From the NCBI RefSeq assembly GCF_006345805.1, contig NC_043006.1, positions 7,874,001-7,938,000 of the forward strand: DNA of 64,000 nucleotides, given 5' to 3'. The position numbers were made by a program, and so were the translations under genes. The notes below the pieces were generated by a model that did no database searches, was not told the DNA's origin, and saw only the letters and a list, made by a program, of their open reading frames with translations. The DNA comes from Octopus sinensis. Its lineage: Eukaryota. This document shows positions 52,333 through 63,679 of the stretch, one piece after another. Position 1 is the stretch's first letter, and the number at the start of each line of letters is the position of its first letter.

Positions 52333-52666
52333 ATATTAGAAGAAATGAGGTACTCAGAAATTCGGATGGCTTTATATTTACAGATATTTATTTGTATATT
52401 ACATGTTTTTATACATCATATAACTTATATCATATATCATATATATAAGCGCTTTCGTCCATTCTGGTGGATTTTTCAAATGTAACTGTTCCGTTTGAAA
52501 AATCCACCAGAATGGACGCAATATGAAAAATCCACCAGAATGGACGAAAGCGCTTTTATATGATATATGATATAAGTTATATGATGTATAAAACATGCAA
52601 TATACAAATAAATATCTGTAAATATAAAACCATCTGAATTTCTGAGTATCTCATTTATTCTAATAT
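52333..52666. mobile_element. ~330-bp palindromic element with hammerhead-like centre
   Basis: Arms 52333-52480 and 52494-52666; 28-bp duplication in the right arm; (TA)n flanks. Confidence 0.85.
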
Positions 52667-52709
<43 letters not shown>

Positions 52710-52999
52710 TATATAATATATATATATATACATACATACATACATACATAAAGATTGATTGCTTGATAGGTGAATATATGTATGCATGTATATAAATATC
52801 TATGTATACGCGCGCGTGTGTTTGTCTGTATAAACATATATATATTTATATATATGTATATGTATATACCTGCTACTGCTGCTACTGAATTAGTGTGTAG
52901 CGGCTAACCAGTCTGCAGGCACGTATATCCCTCCATAATTCACACTCATAATCAATGTGAAACAATAAGCAATTCTCTTTCTCCCTTTTGTCCTTTTGT

Positions 53000-55450
53000 T
53001 TTTATTTCACTTCTTTAGCGCAGGTAACCATACTAGACAGTGCGTCTGTCGAGACGGTGTGAGTTTAGACATATTGTGATATAGAGACTGATATAAAATG
53101 GAGAGTTTCGGTTATATATAGACATATCAATACGATTGCAGCATTATTATTAGACGTATTGTTTGTTTGACGCGCTAGTCAAACAAATATTTGTTCATTA
53201 TTTCTAAGTGTGAATGAATATTAACAAAGGAATTTTAACGTAGAAATAGAAGTAAATGGTAATGAACTGAAAAGAAACAAAATATATTTATCTGAAGGAA
53301 GAATTATCTTGAAATTTGTCTATATTTGTTATTCATGCTTAGTAAATTGTTGTTCATATGTTTTATTTATTTTATCATTCATGTTTTGTATGGTGAATCG
53401 TCCTGTTTATTTGTTATTGATGTGTGATAGTGAATCAATGAAAAATAATAAGGCGAATTTTGTAAGTGAATTGTGAAAATGATAATGGATTAGAAAGAAA
53501 CGAATTATGTTGGTATTAGTGAAGAATGGGCATCGAATGTCACAATATTCTTTCCTAGTGTTTGGTAAATTGTTTTCAAAAGATTATTGTTTGTATTCGT
53601 ATTTGTTGCTAGTTGCATAATCAGTCAAACCGCAAGAACAAATCTAGCGAAAAACAGCAGCAGCAGCGAATTTTGTGATATAAGAAATAAGAAGATGAAT
53701 ATGTATATTTAAATGTTAAACTTTGTAAATTGTCGGAAATATGAAAGTAACGATTGAAACGGAAAAAAAAAAGAATATTTACATATTTAGAAAATGTGTC
53801 TCTGAGGTTGGATACACTGAAAATTAAAATTTACTTATTACATAGGTTACCTTATTTGTATATATCGTTTGTTTTTTCTTTCTTTTTTTTTGTTGTATAT
53901 TTTGAATAATAATAATTTGTTTTAAGTTTGGCTTGAATTACATTTCTATTGATGGAATTCGATTCACTGAAAAGTAAACTGTATTTATTTTATGATTATT
54001 ATATTTGTAAATAAACATTCACAGTGATGTGTATATTTATATAATAAATGTTTGTGGCATTTATTGATATTCTGTGCTAGATACTATATCATTCTCTGTA
54101 GACATAGAGCTGCATATTTGCTGAGGTTCTTCGTCCTTCTGCTATTGAATTATTGATTGCATATTGATGTTGTTATTCATCTTATGTATTTCTAGTTGTT
54201 TGTAGAAGAAGTATTTGTTTTACATTTGCAAGGGTTAATGAATAAGGGATGGTTAAATGTAATGTAGAAATTAATTATGATAAACGGAAATGAATTTTGA
54301 AAGGATGATTTAGAGACAAAGCAATTATTACCTGAAGGATGAAATAGCTGAAAATCTTGCACTACACTTTTTGGGGGATTGGTGCATTGTCAATCATACG
54401 CTAATGTATAGTATTTGTAATGTCTACTTCATATGCATTTATATTGTGATATGCTTAAGGATGATTGTGTTGTGTTTTATTTATGTCTTCTAGTTGGTTC
54501 TAAATGAAAAGACTTGAGAAGTGGTGTATTTGGACGAGAAATTTCAACTGTGTCCATTGATATGAAGTGTGAATGGAATAAATCAGAGCATATAAATGAA
54601 GAATTTCTGCTTCTTTGAAAACATAATTTCAATTCTGTTACATCTGAAAATGAGAATATGTTTAGAAAGAAATGAAGCATATTTACGTTAATGAAATATT
54701 TTATTCTAAACTGTCGCTGTCATTGTTTATGTTTGATATGCAATGTCCATCACATGGAATTGTATACTCATTTATTATATAGGAGCACTCCGTCGGTTGC
54801 GAGGACGAGGGTCCCAGCTGATACGATCAACGGAACAGCTTGCTCGTGAAATTAACGTGCAAGTGGTTGAGCAATCCACAAACACGTGTACCCTAAACTA
54901 GCTCTCGGGGAGATTCAGCGTGACACAGAGTGTGACAAAGCTAACACTTTGAAATACAGGTACTACTCATTTTTGCTAGATGACTGGAGCAACGTGAAAG
55001 AAAGTGTCTTGCTCAAGGACACAACGCGCCGCCGTGAATTGAACTCGCGACATTACGATCAGGAGCCGAATGCCTCTAACCACTAACCCACGCGCCTTCA
55101 CGCGTTTATTAGTTATTACTTATTATGTTGTATTATTGGTTATGTATTTGATAATATACAGCTGTTTATGAACCTCTACTGTTGCTTATTCTGTTGCTCA
55201 TCTGCTGTAATGTTGCTGTTTCTCGGAAGCCTTTCTTATATTAGAAATTCCTTGTAGACGGTATCTTTTGTAGTGTTTTCTTATGTGATATGAATATATT
55301 CAAAACATGAAAACCCCGTGGATACATTAGAGAAGGCCACGTGTGAATACTGATTTTGGTAAACAGAGAGAAGTAATGTCAAACGCTTGTGATTCATTTA
55401 TTGTAATATTTATAATTTAATAGGAAGAAAATGCCTCCCCTCGTGAAGAA
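53000..55450 (-). mobile_element. Possible highly decayed REL-LINE RT region, interrupted by a SINE
   Basis: Weak motifs by eye: LLKTIYQTLGKNIVT; DITSLCLPKSVFTRGLL (ADI.RLYLP...GRGL-like). Confidence 0.3.
54781..55101 (-). mobile_element. SINE with second-family tail but a different head and CORE-like body
   Basis: Tail as in 25573-25951; body GTGTCCTTGAGCAAGACACTTTCTTTCACGTTGCTCCAGT. Confidence 0.88.
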
Positions 55451-55745
55451 ACACGATACTCTAAATGTTTTCTTATTTTTAGTTTTCTTGTGCTGAAGGT
55501 GTACAGTTATAATATTTGCCATAATAACTTTAGCTCCAATATATTCAATAACTAAACGTGTACCGTTAGCATCTCATTAAGTTGGTCCATAATGCGAAGC
55601 TAAACATAGTTATAGTATTAGTATTTAGTATTAGTATGTGTGATGAGAGTCTGATACATTTACGGTTTTTAATTATTAAAAAGGGCCATCATAACTTCTT
55701 CCAACCTCTGAAAACAGTTTCACTAATTACTCATTAATGAAATCA

Positions 55746-56215
55746 ACAGCGCACAATTTCAAGTAAAAAAATTACCATTTTCGAAAATCTTTCTGATATT
55801 TGTTTTAAAAACTGAAACAATCAGGCCATAACCAATATTACATCATTAAGAGATAGTACTTTCTCCGTTTGTTTCAAAGTCTTTTTCTACATAAAATATG
55901 AAATTGTTAACTACAGTTTTATTTGTTTGTATCTACAAAGGAATTGAGAAATAATTGAGAAATTGGTGTCGTGTGAAGAAATACCTTGGAAGGTTGATGG
56001 TTGCAAGTGTAGAGGAAGTCTTTATATAGACTTTTCTATATTGATGTCAACACAGCGCCCAATTTCAAGTAAAAAAATTACCATTTTCGAAAATCTTTCT
56101 GATATTTGTTTTAAAAACTGAAACAATCAGGCCATAACCAATATTACATCATTAAGAGATAGTACTTTCTCCGTTTGTTTCAAAGTCTTTTTCTACATAA
56201 AATATGGAATTGTTA
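55746..56215. repeat. 164-bp near-identical direct duplication (55746-55909 / 56052-56215)
   Basis: Offset 306; about two mismatches; probably within a decayed mariner-like transposase. Confidence 0.92.
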
Positions 56216-57117
56216 TTCTTTTCCATACCTGAAGGAAAAAAACATTGTTAACCCAAATGACTACAAATCCTATACACGATAAATATACACACAATATGAA
56301 CGCGAAACCAAGGAAAGTGACACGACTGTTTGAAAAGGTAATAGTGATGATACGGATCTGATTCACATCAATATATTGAATTATTTTGTACTCTAGTAGA
56401 ATAGAAATGTTTTGCGGCAATGAAAAAAAAATTGAAATATTTGTATGAAATGGTCTCGCATATATTGAAAGTGTCTTTTCTATCGGAGTTTTTGTCTACA
56501 AATCGCCGCCACTATTGTTCGTCGTGAGTCGGTCTTAAGCGGAAATGCCGTATTTTTCAACAGTGATATTGGTTTCAAATTTTAAAGACAGACGAAATGC
56601 CGCTAAATATTTTGTCCGGCGTGCTAATGTTTCTATAAGCTCGCCACCTTAGAGATAAATAATATTGAGATGCTTTTTTCTCTATGGTGTGAATGTACAC
56701 ACGATTCCGGTCAAACTCTGCACATACATTGTACAACAAGTCCCAAAATCGAGACAAGAATACACCATTTTGATATAATTCATCGTTATAGTTTCACGCT
56801 GAGGATCGAAAGGAGAAACGCAGATCAGTTATTTACACACACACTTAGCTCTGAATTGAAGTTTACACATGCACACACATACACACATAATCTCAAGTAA
56901 AGCTGCATACTAATTTGTAGGCAAATGGCGTCATGACTGCTAACAATGACGTCCGATATATACGATGTAAGTGAATCGGACTTGTCAAACGAGGATTGGT
57001 TTTGTTTACGTGAAGGAAATTCATATAATTGTCACACCATGAGTGAATTTAACTGTGCTTAAAAAAGTATATATATATATATATATATATATAATTATAT
57101 ATATATTATTCAAAGGG

Positions 57118-57380
57118 CTGCGTGTTGTGTTCTTGAGCAAGACACTTTATTTCACGTTGCTCCAGTTCACTCAACTGTAGAAATGAGTTGCGATGTTACT
57201 GGTGCCAAGCTGTATCGACCTTTGTCTTTCCCTTGGATAACACTGGTGGCGTGTAGAGGGGAGGCTGGTATGCATGGGCGACTGCTGGTCTTCCATAAAC
57301 AACCTTGCCCGGACTTGTGTCTAGGAGGGTAAAATTCTAGGTGCAATCCCATGGTCATTCATGACCGAAGGGGGTCTTTA
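57118..57380 (+). mobile_element. Headless CORE-like SINE
   Basis: GTGTTCTTGAGCAAGACACTTTATTTCACGTTGCTCCAGTTCACTC body. Confidence 0.8.
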
Positions 57381-57679
57381 TTCAAAGGAATTCCAACTCT
57401 GTCTGTTTTTTTATGTTTTATTTATATTTTTATGATATTAATGTAGAATATAGAATATATATATTATAAATAGTATACATAGTAAAATGAAATGAAGTAT
57501 TGATTGTCTTATTCAATAGATTAAATATCAAATATTAAGGGACTATATATATATGCATGCAGTGTTTTCGTAATAAATTTTACAATTTGCATAAAAGGAG
57601 ATGAAAATATACTATTCCATGAAAAGATAAAAGTATTTTTAAAAATCAAACAATATCAACTAGGTTATGGCTACGAGAT

Positions 57680-58330
57680 AACAGTTTACTCGAAGTAGCC
57701 GGCCACAGCTTCCACTACGGCGTAGAGACAGCTCCACAACCAGCTTCGTGCATTCCTTACTGTGTCCTTGGGAAAATCTTTCACCACATATTTGGTCTAA
57801 GCAACCAGTTTCACCTTAGTGTTACAGGCAGAGAGGTTGGTGTCATTCTCAACCGCACGTCACCTCACACATAGTAATCCACGGGATTAAAATCGGGAGA
57901 ATTAGAAACTGGGACTGGCGAAGTCGTAGAAATTCTTCAGCAATCAATTCTGACTCTTTCTGGGTGTGTAACAAGGTGCCGAATCCTGCTGACACTCATA
58001 TGACCTTCTAGGAGCAACGCACCTCGTCCAAGGATTCACCACATTCTCCAGCGTCTTCACATAGTTGTCTGAATAGAGAGTAAGGACTTGTTCAAAGATG
58101 TGAAGTTGGACTCCGGTGCACGGATTCAAACTGAACCCCTGCAGTGTTCCTTCCTGTTGACCACCGCTTCGTGGTCTCCCTTTTAGCTGCTCTGTGAATA
58201 TTGTAAGGGCCGTAAAATCCGACATGGACAGTTGAAATGGAGACTACGAAAACGTGGTCAACAGGAAGGAACACAGCACTTAATCCTCACATCTTTGAAC
58301 AAAACCTTCGGTAATTATTTAGGTCGTGAT
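57680..58330 (-). mobile_element. Tc1/mariner transposase remnant
   Basis: YVKTLENVVNPW..YECQQDSAPCYTPRKSQN, then PNSPDFNPVDY-like motif. Confidence 0.85.
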
Positions 58331-58525
58331 GTACCTTAAAACATAGATGTTGAAAATTAAAATAATTGTAATATAATTACGATATATTATGATCAACAAA
58401 ATAAAAATCTAAATAAATTTTGAAATAAATTAAAATGTAATTATAAAATAAATTTTAAATTGATTTAAAATAATTAACAAAACAATAATTAAACACTGTA
58501 ATTACAAACTTAATTAAAGACTTTA

Positions 58526-58602
<77 letters not shown>

Positions 58603-58604
<2 letters not shown>

Positions 58605-59527
58605 CCGGGGGACGTTTAAGAGAGAACACCTGGGGACGTTTAAGATGTAAGAAGGAAAATACAGAGCTCTGAAATCTATCCACAAACATCGAAAACAAGG
58701 ACATCCTATGGAGCCAAAGATTTACTAACAAAGAATTGGACTGTATCCGAGTAAGTAATACTAATTGAAATTTATTACTATTTTCGAAACGAAATGATGT
58801 ATTTTGACTCGATATCATCTCCACCTCTAACACAACACATGTAAACATGCGTGGAACATCACGATCATCCCCGACCCCAAACACCATCTACAAAGGAACT
58901 ACGAAGAAATTAAATGCCACCGATACTATTCAACCCAAGAATAACAATCGAGCGGTGCGTACATTAAACTTACAACAAAAAATGTACGAAAAAATACACG
59001 TGCGAAATAATGTGACAACAGAAATAAACGGACCGGTACCCTACGAAAACGAGAAAGCAACCATACTCTGGGATATGCCGATACACACAGATAGAGAAAT
59101 TAAGGCCAACAGACAAGATATAGTTGTCAGAGATCACGAAGAAAAAAAATGCTTTCTAATTGATGTATCAATACCGGCAGATGACAACGTGTCTCTAAAA
59201 GAAATGGAGAAACTCTCAAAATACAAAGACCTGGAAATAGAGGTAACTAGAATGTGGAATCTGAAAACAGAAACAATTCCTATCATAGTAGGTGCATTAG
59301 GCATGATAAAAAAATATTCAGACAAATACATAACAAAAACACCAGGACTTACAAACACATATAACATACAGAAAATTGCACTACTAGGCACTGCACACAT
59401 CCTACGCAGAACACTTTCCATACAATAACCATCAGAGCATCACAACAAATCACAGAACATACCCAAGGCACACAGAGCTGCGCTCGGTAGTGAAGTGAAA
59501 GCACGCTATAAAAATAAAACTACTGAA
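58603..59527 (+). mobile_element. R4/Dong-type element in a (TAA)n array, RT-less (internally deleted or chimeric)
   Basis: (TAA)n on both sides; REL endonuclease end plus ~100-nt 3' UTR; no RT or zinc knuckle. Confidence 0.9.
58847..59428 (+). CDS. Uninterrupted 193-aa ORF: unknown 66-aa N-terminus fused to a REL (PD-D/ExK) endonuclease
   Basis: ILWDMPIHTDREIKANRQDIVV..FLIDVSIP..EKLSKYKDL; RPD motif reads RQD; expression unknown. Confidence 0.6.
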   Translation: MRGTSRSSPTPNTIYKGTTKKLNATDTIQPKNNNRAVRTLNLQQKMYEKIHVRNNVTTEINGPVPYENEKATILWDMPIHTDREIKANRQDIVVRDHEEKKCFLIDVSIPADDNVSLKEMEKLSKYKDLEIEVTRMWNLKTETIPIIVGALGMIKKYSDKYITKTPGLTNTYNIQKIALLGTAHILRRTLSIQ

Positions 59528-59529
59528 TG

Positions 59530-59590
<61 letters not shown>

Positions 59591-59600
59591 TAATAATAAA

Positions 59601-60127
59601 TGCCCTGATGCAGTACCAGGCAGTGGCTCTCGTGGCTTCTGATCTTAACTGTTTGGAAGTGTTATCATTTACATTGTTTTGTCTTGGTATAAAAGATTGG
59701 CTACAGCAAATATTCTGCTCAATACCACAGATTTGCTTGTCAGTTGTTTGACCTTAACCATTTTAGCATCTCCCTTAGTGGCTGACGATATATGCATCTC
59801 TGATCACGAGCAGAAGTAGTGGGGGAGCATTATAGCCATGTGTTGAGAGGAATTCTTGGGAGTTTGAATACTTCACCTTTGGAAACATGGGTGTTTCGTT
59901 CAACATCCTTAAACAATCCTTAACTCGACCAGAAGAAAATTCTAACTGGGCTCCACCTGCAAGGTCATGTACTGTTTATCTTGATATGAGAGCACTATGC
60001 CGCACACATATGGTTGTGATGCATGTGCCTAGTGTACCCTTATTAGACGGGTAGTCATGATGGGTATACTGGGCTTTGTATATTTTACCCCAGTGTCACT
60101 TTGATGGCATGCACTGCTCTCTCACTC
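59601..60127 (+). mobile_element. 527-bp non-coding (TAA)n-flanked retroposon
   Basis: (TAA)n on both sides; three further partial copies in window; no ORF, no clear tRNA head. Confidence 0.88.
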
Positions 60128-60176
<49 letters not shown>

Positions 60177-60249
60177 TAATAATAATAATAATAATTGCCT
60201 AATAACAATAGTGGTAATATCTAATGAATAGCCTGGTTCTTCATACCTC

Positions 60250-60630
60250 CTCTGTTTCAATTGATCAGTAATAGAGAAAATAGGTTTTTCAATGATGTCA
60301 AGCATTCTACAAGTTGACGGGTGGGATTGCTGAAAATAAGTGTCATTACAATTCTAGCATGACGTTATAAATATCATTCCTAAGTAGGCCTGCTAAGATA
60401 ATTCCCTTGCCGCTTGCGCTGGTCAAATATTATAAATTTTATCACAATTACTTCCCAGAAAATGTTTACTGTTCTAAGCAGTGTGGTATAGCTTTGATAA
60501 GGATAGGATGGTATTAAGTTCCTCTATCTCAGTAGAATCTTAGTATATCACTTGTTGGTTCGATTAATGCGTATGATTTCTGCATCGCAGAATTTTGAAG
60601 TGCCATTCTATCCGAAACTTGCGTAAGCGA
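60250..60630 (-). mobile_element. Possible Helitron PIF1-helicase C-terminal remnant
   Basis: Weak: EELNTILSLSKLYH; LLRTV; LTSASGKG; IFSNPTRQLVEC (FSHGQLYV-like). Confidence 0.3.
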
Positions 60631-60642
60631 AAAAAAATACTA

Positions 60643-61028
60643 TTTTACTCTTTTACTTGTTTCAGTCATTTGACTGCGGCCATGCTGGAGCACCGCCTTT
60701 AGTCGAGCAAATCGACCCCGGGACTTATTCTTTGTAAGCCCAGTGCTTATTCTATCGGTCTATTTTGCCGAACCGCTAAGTTACGGGGACGTAAACACAC
60801 CAGCATCGGTTGTCAAGCAATGCTAGGGGGACAAACACACACATACATATATATACATATATACGACAGGCTTCTTTCAGTTTCCGTCTACGAAATCCAC
60901 TCACAAGGCATTGGTCGGCCCGGGGCTATAGCAGAAGACACTTGCCCAAGATGCCACGCAGTGGGACTGAACCCGCAACCATGTGGTTGGTTAGCAAGCT
61001 ACTTACCACACAGCCACTCCTGCGCCTA
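60643..61028 (-). mobile_element. Third tRNA-derived SINE family, full length
   Basis: Near-identical to 29429-29840. Confidence 0.93.
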
Positions 61029-61964
61029 TGTATAATTCATATTTTTTTTTGTGTGTAACTTGGTCTAGAGTTATCCATAACTTGTCTAGAATCCGCTTTA
61101 GATTTCAAGTCTCCTTGCTGTTTGATTAACATATTTTCCATAGAGCGCCATAATTGAAACAGATTTTTCACGAGAATATCTTTACCTGCAGTACATGAGT
61201 GACATAAGACTACCAAAGTAATATATTGAATGAACATTTTATAAGAAATTAATTCCTGCTTTAATGCGCTTTATTTTCAATTATTTCGGTTCCAGTTCAC
61301 CTTCTTTCAGCTTGAAAAAATTTTAGCTTATCATTTACAAGATATTTCGTATGGGCTTTTTATAAATTGCACCTCTCTTTCCCATCTGAATTAGGTTGGT
61401 ACACTCGATTTTGGAACCACAAATTATTGAACTGCAAGAAAATAATTGCCAATCACTATGTTAATATCGTCACTTTGACATCTAATTTGCATTAAAGGCA
61501 TAAACATTGGCAAATAAAATAAGACTAGATTTTGTACAAAGTCATTCGCCTTTTGCTTACTAATTACAACTTCAGAGAGTGGCCAGCAACACAATTTTAT
61601 AAGGCCCCAGATTTTTTTTATGAACAGGCAATCGATATGATAAAAAATGTACTAACGAAATTAAGCGTAAATCAGAAATTAGGTGAATTCTGAAACTGAG
61701 AGAAAATTGTGTACACATTGTTATGGAGAATCCATATTGCATATAATTCGTAATGAATCATAATTATATATGAAGATACATTGCCCAAGAGGAACGCATA
61801 ATAATGTGCGTGTATGTGACTAGTTTATATCATGCATCTTAGCCGTACATATACATATACATATATATATATATATAATAATAAAATATTCGAGAATAAA
61901 TCCAAACTTACAGGGAAAACTCAGATTTAGGATTGAATCTAATTTTATAGTAAAATATTATATT

Positions 61965-62206
61965 ATATTAAATTAGAGATAAAACCACTATTAGGCAAAT
62001 CAAACAATGAACCACTTAAGCCAATACATAAAATGAATTAATTTATATTATGTTAAATATATATCAAAAGTATTAAAAGTTCATCTTTTATTAAACTTTT
62101 AATACTTTTGATATATATTTAAAATAATATAAATTAATTAATTTTATGTATTGGCTTAAGTTTTTCATTGTTTGATTTGCCTAATAGTGGTTTTATCTCT
62201 AATTTA

Positions 62207-62210
<4 letters not shown>
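61965..62210. repeat. AT-rich palindrome, ~117-bp arms, 12-nt loop
   Basis: 61965-62081 vs 62094-62210, few mismatches. Confidence 0.9.
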
Positions 62211-62238
<28 letters not shown>

Positions 62239-62240
62239 AA

Positions 62241-62441
62241 GTTAATCCAAACAAGAAAACACAAAAAAAAACAACGTGAGGACGTGGAACAAATAAAGTA
62301 TTATTGGACGCTCAGGAAAGAAGGGAAGAAGGAGGGTTTAACGTTTCGAGCGGAGCTCTTCGTCGGAAACATAGGAGAAGGAAAGATCCCGAGAAGGGAA
62401 GACAGAGGAAAAAAATCGCCAGCGGTACTCACGACGTCACA
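62241..62441 (-). mobile_element. Family A ~200-bp hammerhead-bearing unit
   Basis: Motif at 62336-62370: GTTT-CCGACGA-A-GAG(ctccg)CTC-GAAA-CG-T-T-AAAC. Confidence 0.85.
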
Positions 62442-62481
62442 TATTGAAATATATATATATATACGCACACACACAATCACA

Positions 62482-62670
62482 CACTCATATACGAAGGGAT
62501 GCTGAAAAGTTCCTGGCTTTAGGTAAAAGATAATACAGGAGGACCAGTTAACTATGATTTTATTCAACAAATTCCGCTCTCATATTCACACATTTATTGC
62601 AGCAGTGTTTTCAGTTCTGGTAAGATCTGTAAAGGAACTTGGACGGTTGAGTCTCGCGACACATGGTTTT
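62482..62670 (+). mobile_element. Mariner terminal fragment
   Basis: TA|CGAAGGGATGCTGAAAAGTTCCTGGC TIR-like start. Confidence 0.6.
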
Positions 62671-62737
62671 CGGTACCATAAATATATACTTTCTTACATA
62701 CATACATGCATATATACATACATACATACACACATAC

Positions 62738-62792
<55 letters not shown>

Positions 62793-62796
<4 letters not shown>

Positions 62797-63000
62797 ATCC
62801 AAACAAGAAGGAACAAAAAAAAACACAACGACGCGAGGACGTGGAACAAATATAGTATTATTGGACGCTCAGGAAAGGAAAGAAAGAAGGAGGGTTTAAC
62901 GTTTCGAGCGGAGCTCTTTGTCGGAAACATAAGAGAAGGAAAGATCCAGAGAAGTGAAGACAGAGGAAAAAAAATCGCCAACGGTACACACGAGGTCACA
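62793..63000 (-). mobile_element. Family A unit with G8A-mutated hammerhead core
   Basis: Motif at 62894-62928 reads CCGACAA. Confidence 0.85.
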
Positions 63001-63134
63001 TTATATATATATATATATATATATATATACCGGAGTAAACACATAAATGTGAAACAAGGTGGAAAAAAAAGTACTCAAATACCAGTGGTAGAGTAATATG
63101 CTTTATTTAAAGCATCAGAAAATTCAACAAAATC

Positions 63135-63172
63135 TGTTACTCTGAGTTTCTCGTTGCCGTTCATCAGACAGT
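63135..63172 (-). ncRNA. Type I hammerhead ribozyme with canonical CUGAUGA/GAAA core (family B)
   Basis: CTGT-CTGATGA-A-CG(GCAA)CG-A-GAAA-CTC(A)GAG-T-A-ACAG; GUA cleavage triplet; stem I extends to ~11 positions. Confidence 0.7.
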
Positions 63173-63187
63173 TTTTGCTAGCAAAAG

Positions 63188-63259
<72 letters not shown>

Positions 63260-63289
63260 TGTGTGTGTGTGTGTGTGTATATCACGTTA

Positions 63290-63605
63290 CATAGCAATCT
63301 AGCGACCATCTCGCCTCCCATTCTAGCTCGACTATGAGATGCGTTGATCTCAAAATCATCAAGAATAGGGGCTAGATCGCGTGTGTTGGAAATCCTGGTT
63401 TTGCTGGCGGCCGTCACGTCCATGGCTAGTGACCTGAGGTCGGAAAGGCAGCGACCTTGCTTCTTGGGAGACCCCAGACCACGAACATTTACACAGCTCA
63501 CTCTAACCAGCGCCATGCCAGAGGGAAAAAATTGCAAGAGAGAGGTGCGAGGTTACTAACCCTGTCGGTGTTGTTGGCGGCTGGATAGCCTGGCCTCCAG
63601 ATCTG
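63290..63605 (-). mobile_element. L1/Tx1-clade LINE ORF2 start (APE endonuclease)
   Basis: VRVSCVNVRGLGSPKKQGRCLSDLRSLAMDVTAASKT (NVRGL..D...QET-like). Confidence 0.7.
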
Positions 63606-63679
63606 GTTGGAGTTTCTCTGAGAATCCATTTAAATATCTTTTGGAGGTTATTATATTGGGGATCTCAGCCAATGAAAGA

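Noticed and set aside
59601-59680. Possible HDV-like ribozyme at the 5' ends of the TAA-inserted elements (also 58603)
   Set aside because: Could not build the P1-P4 nested pseudoknot by eye; needs a computational search
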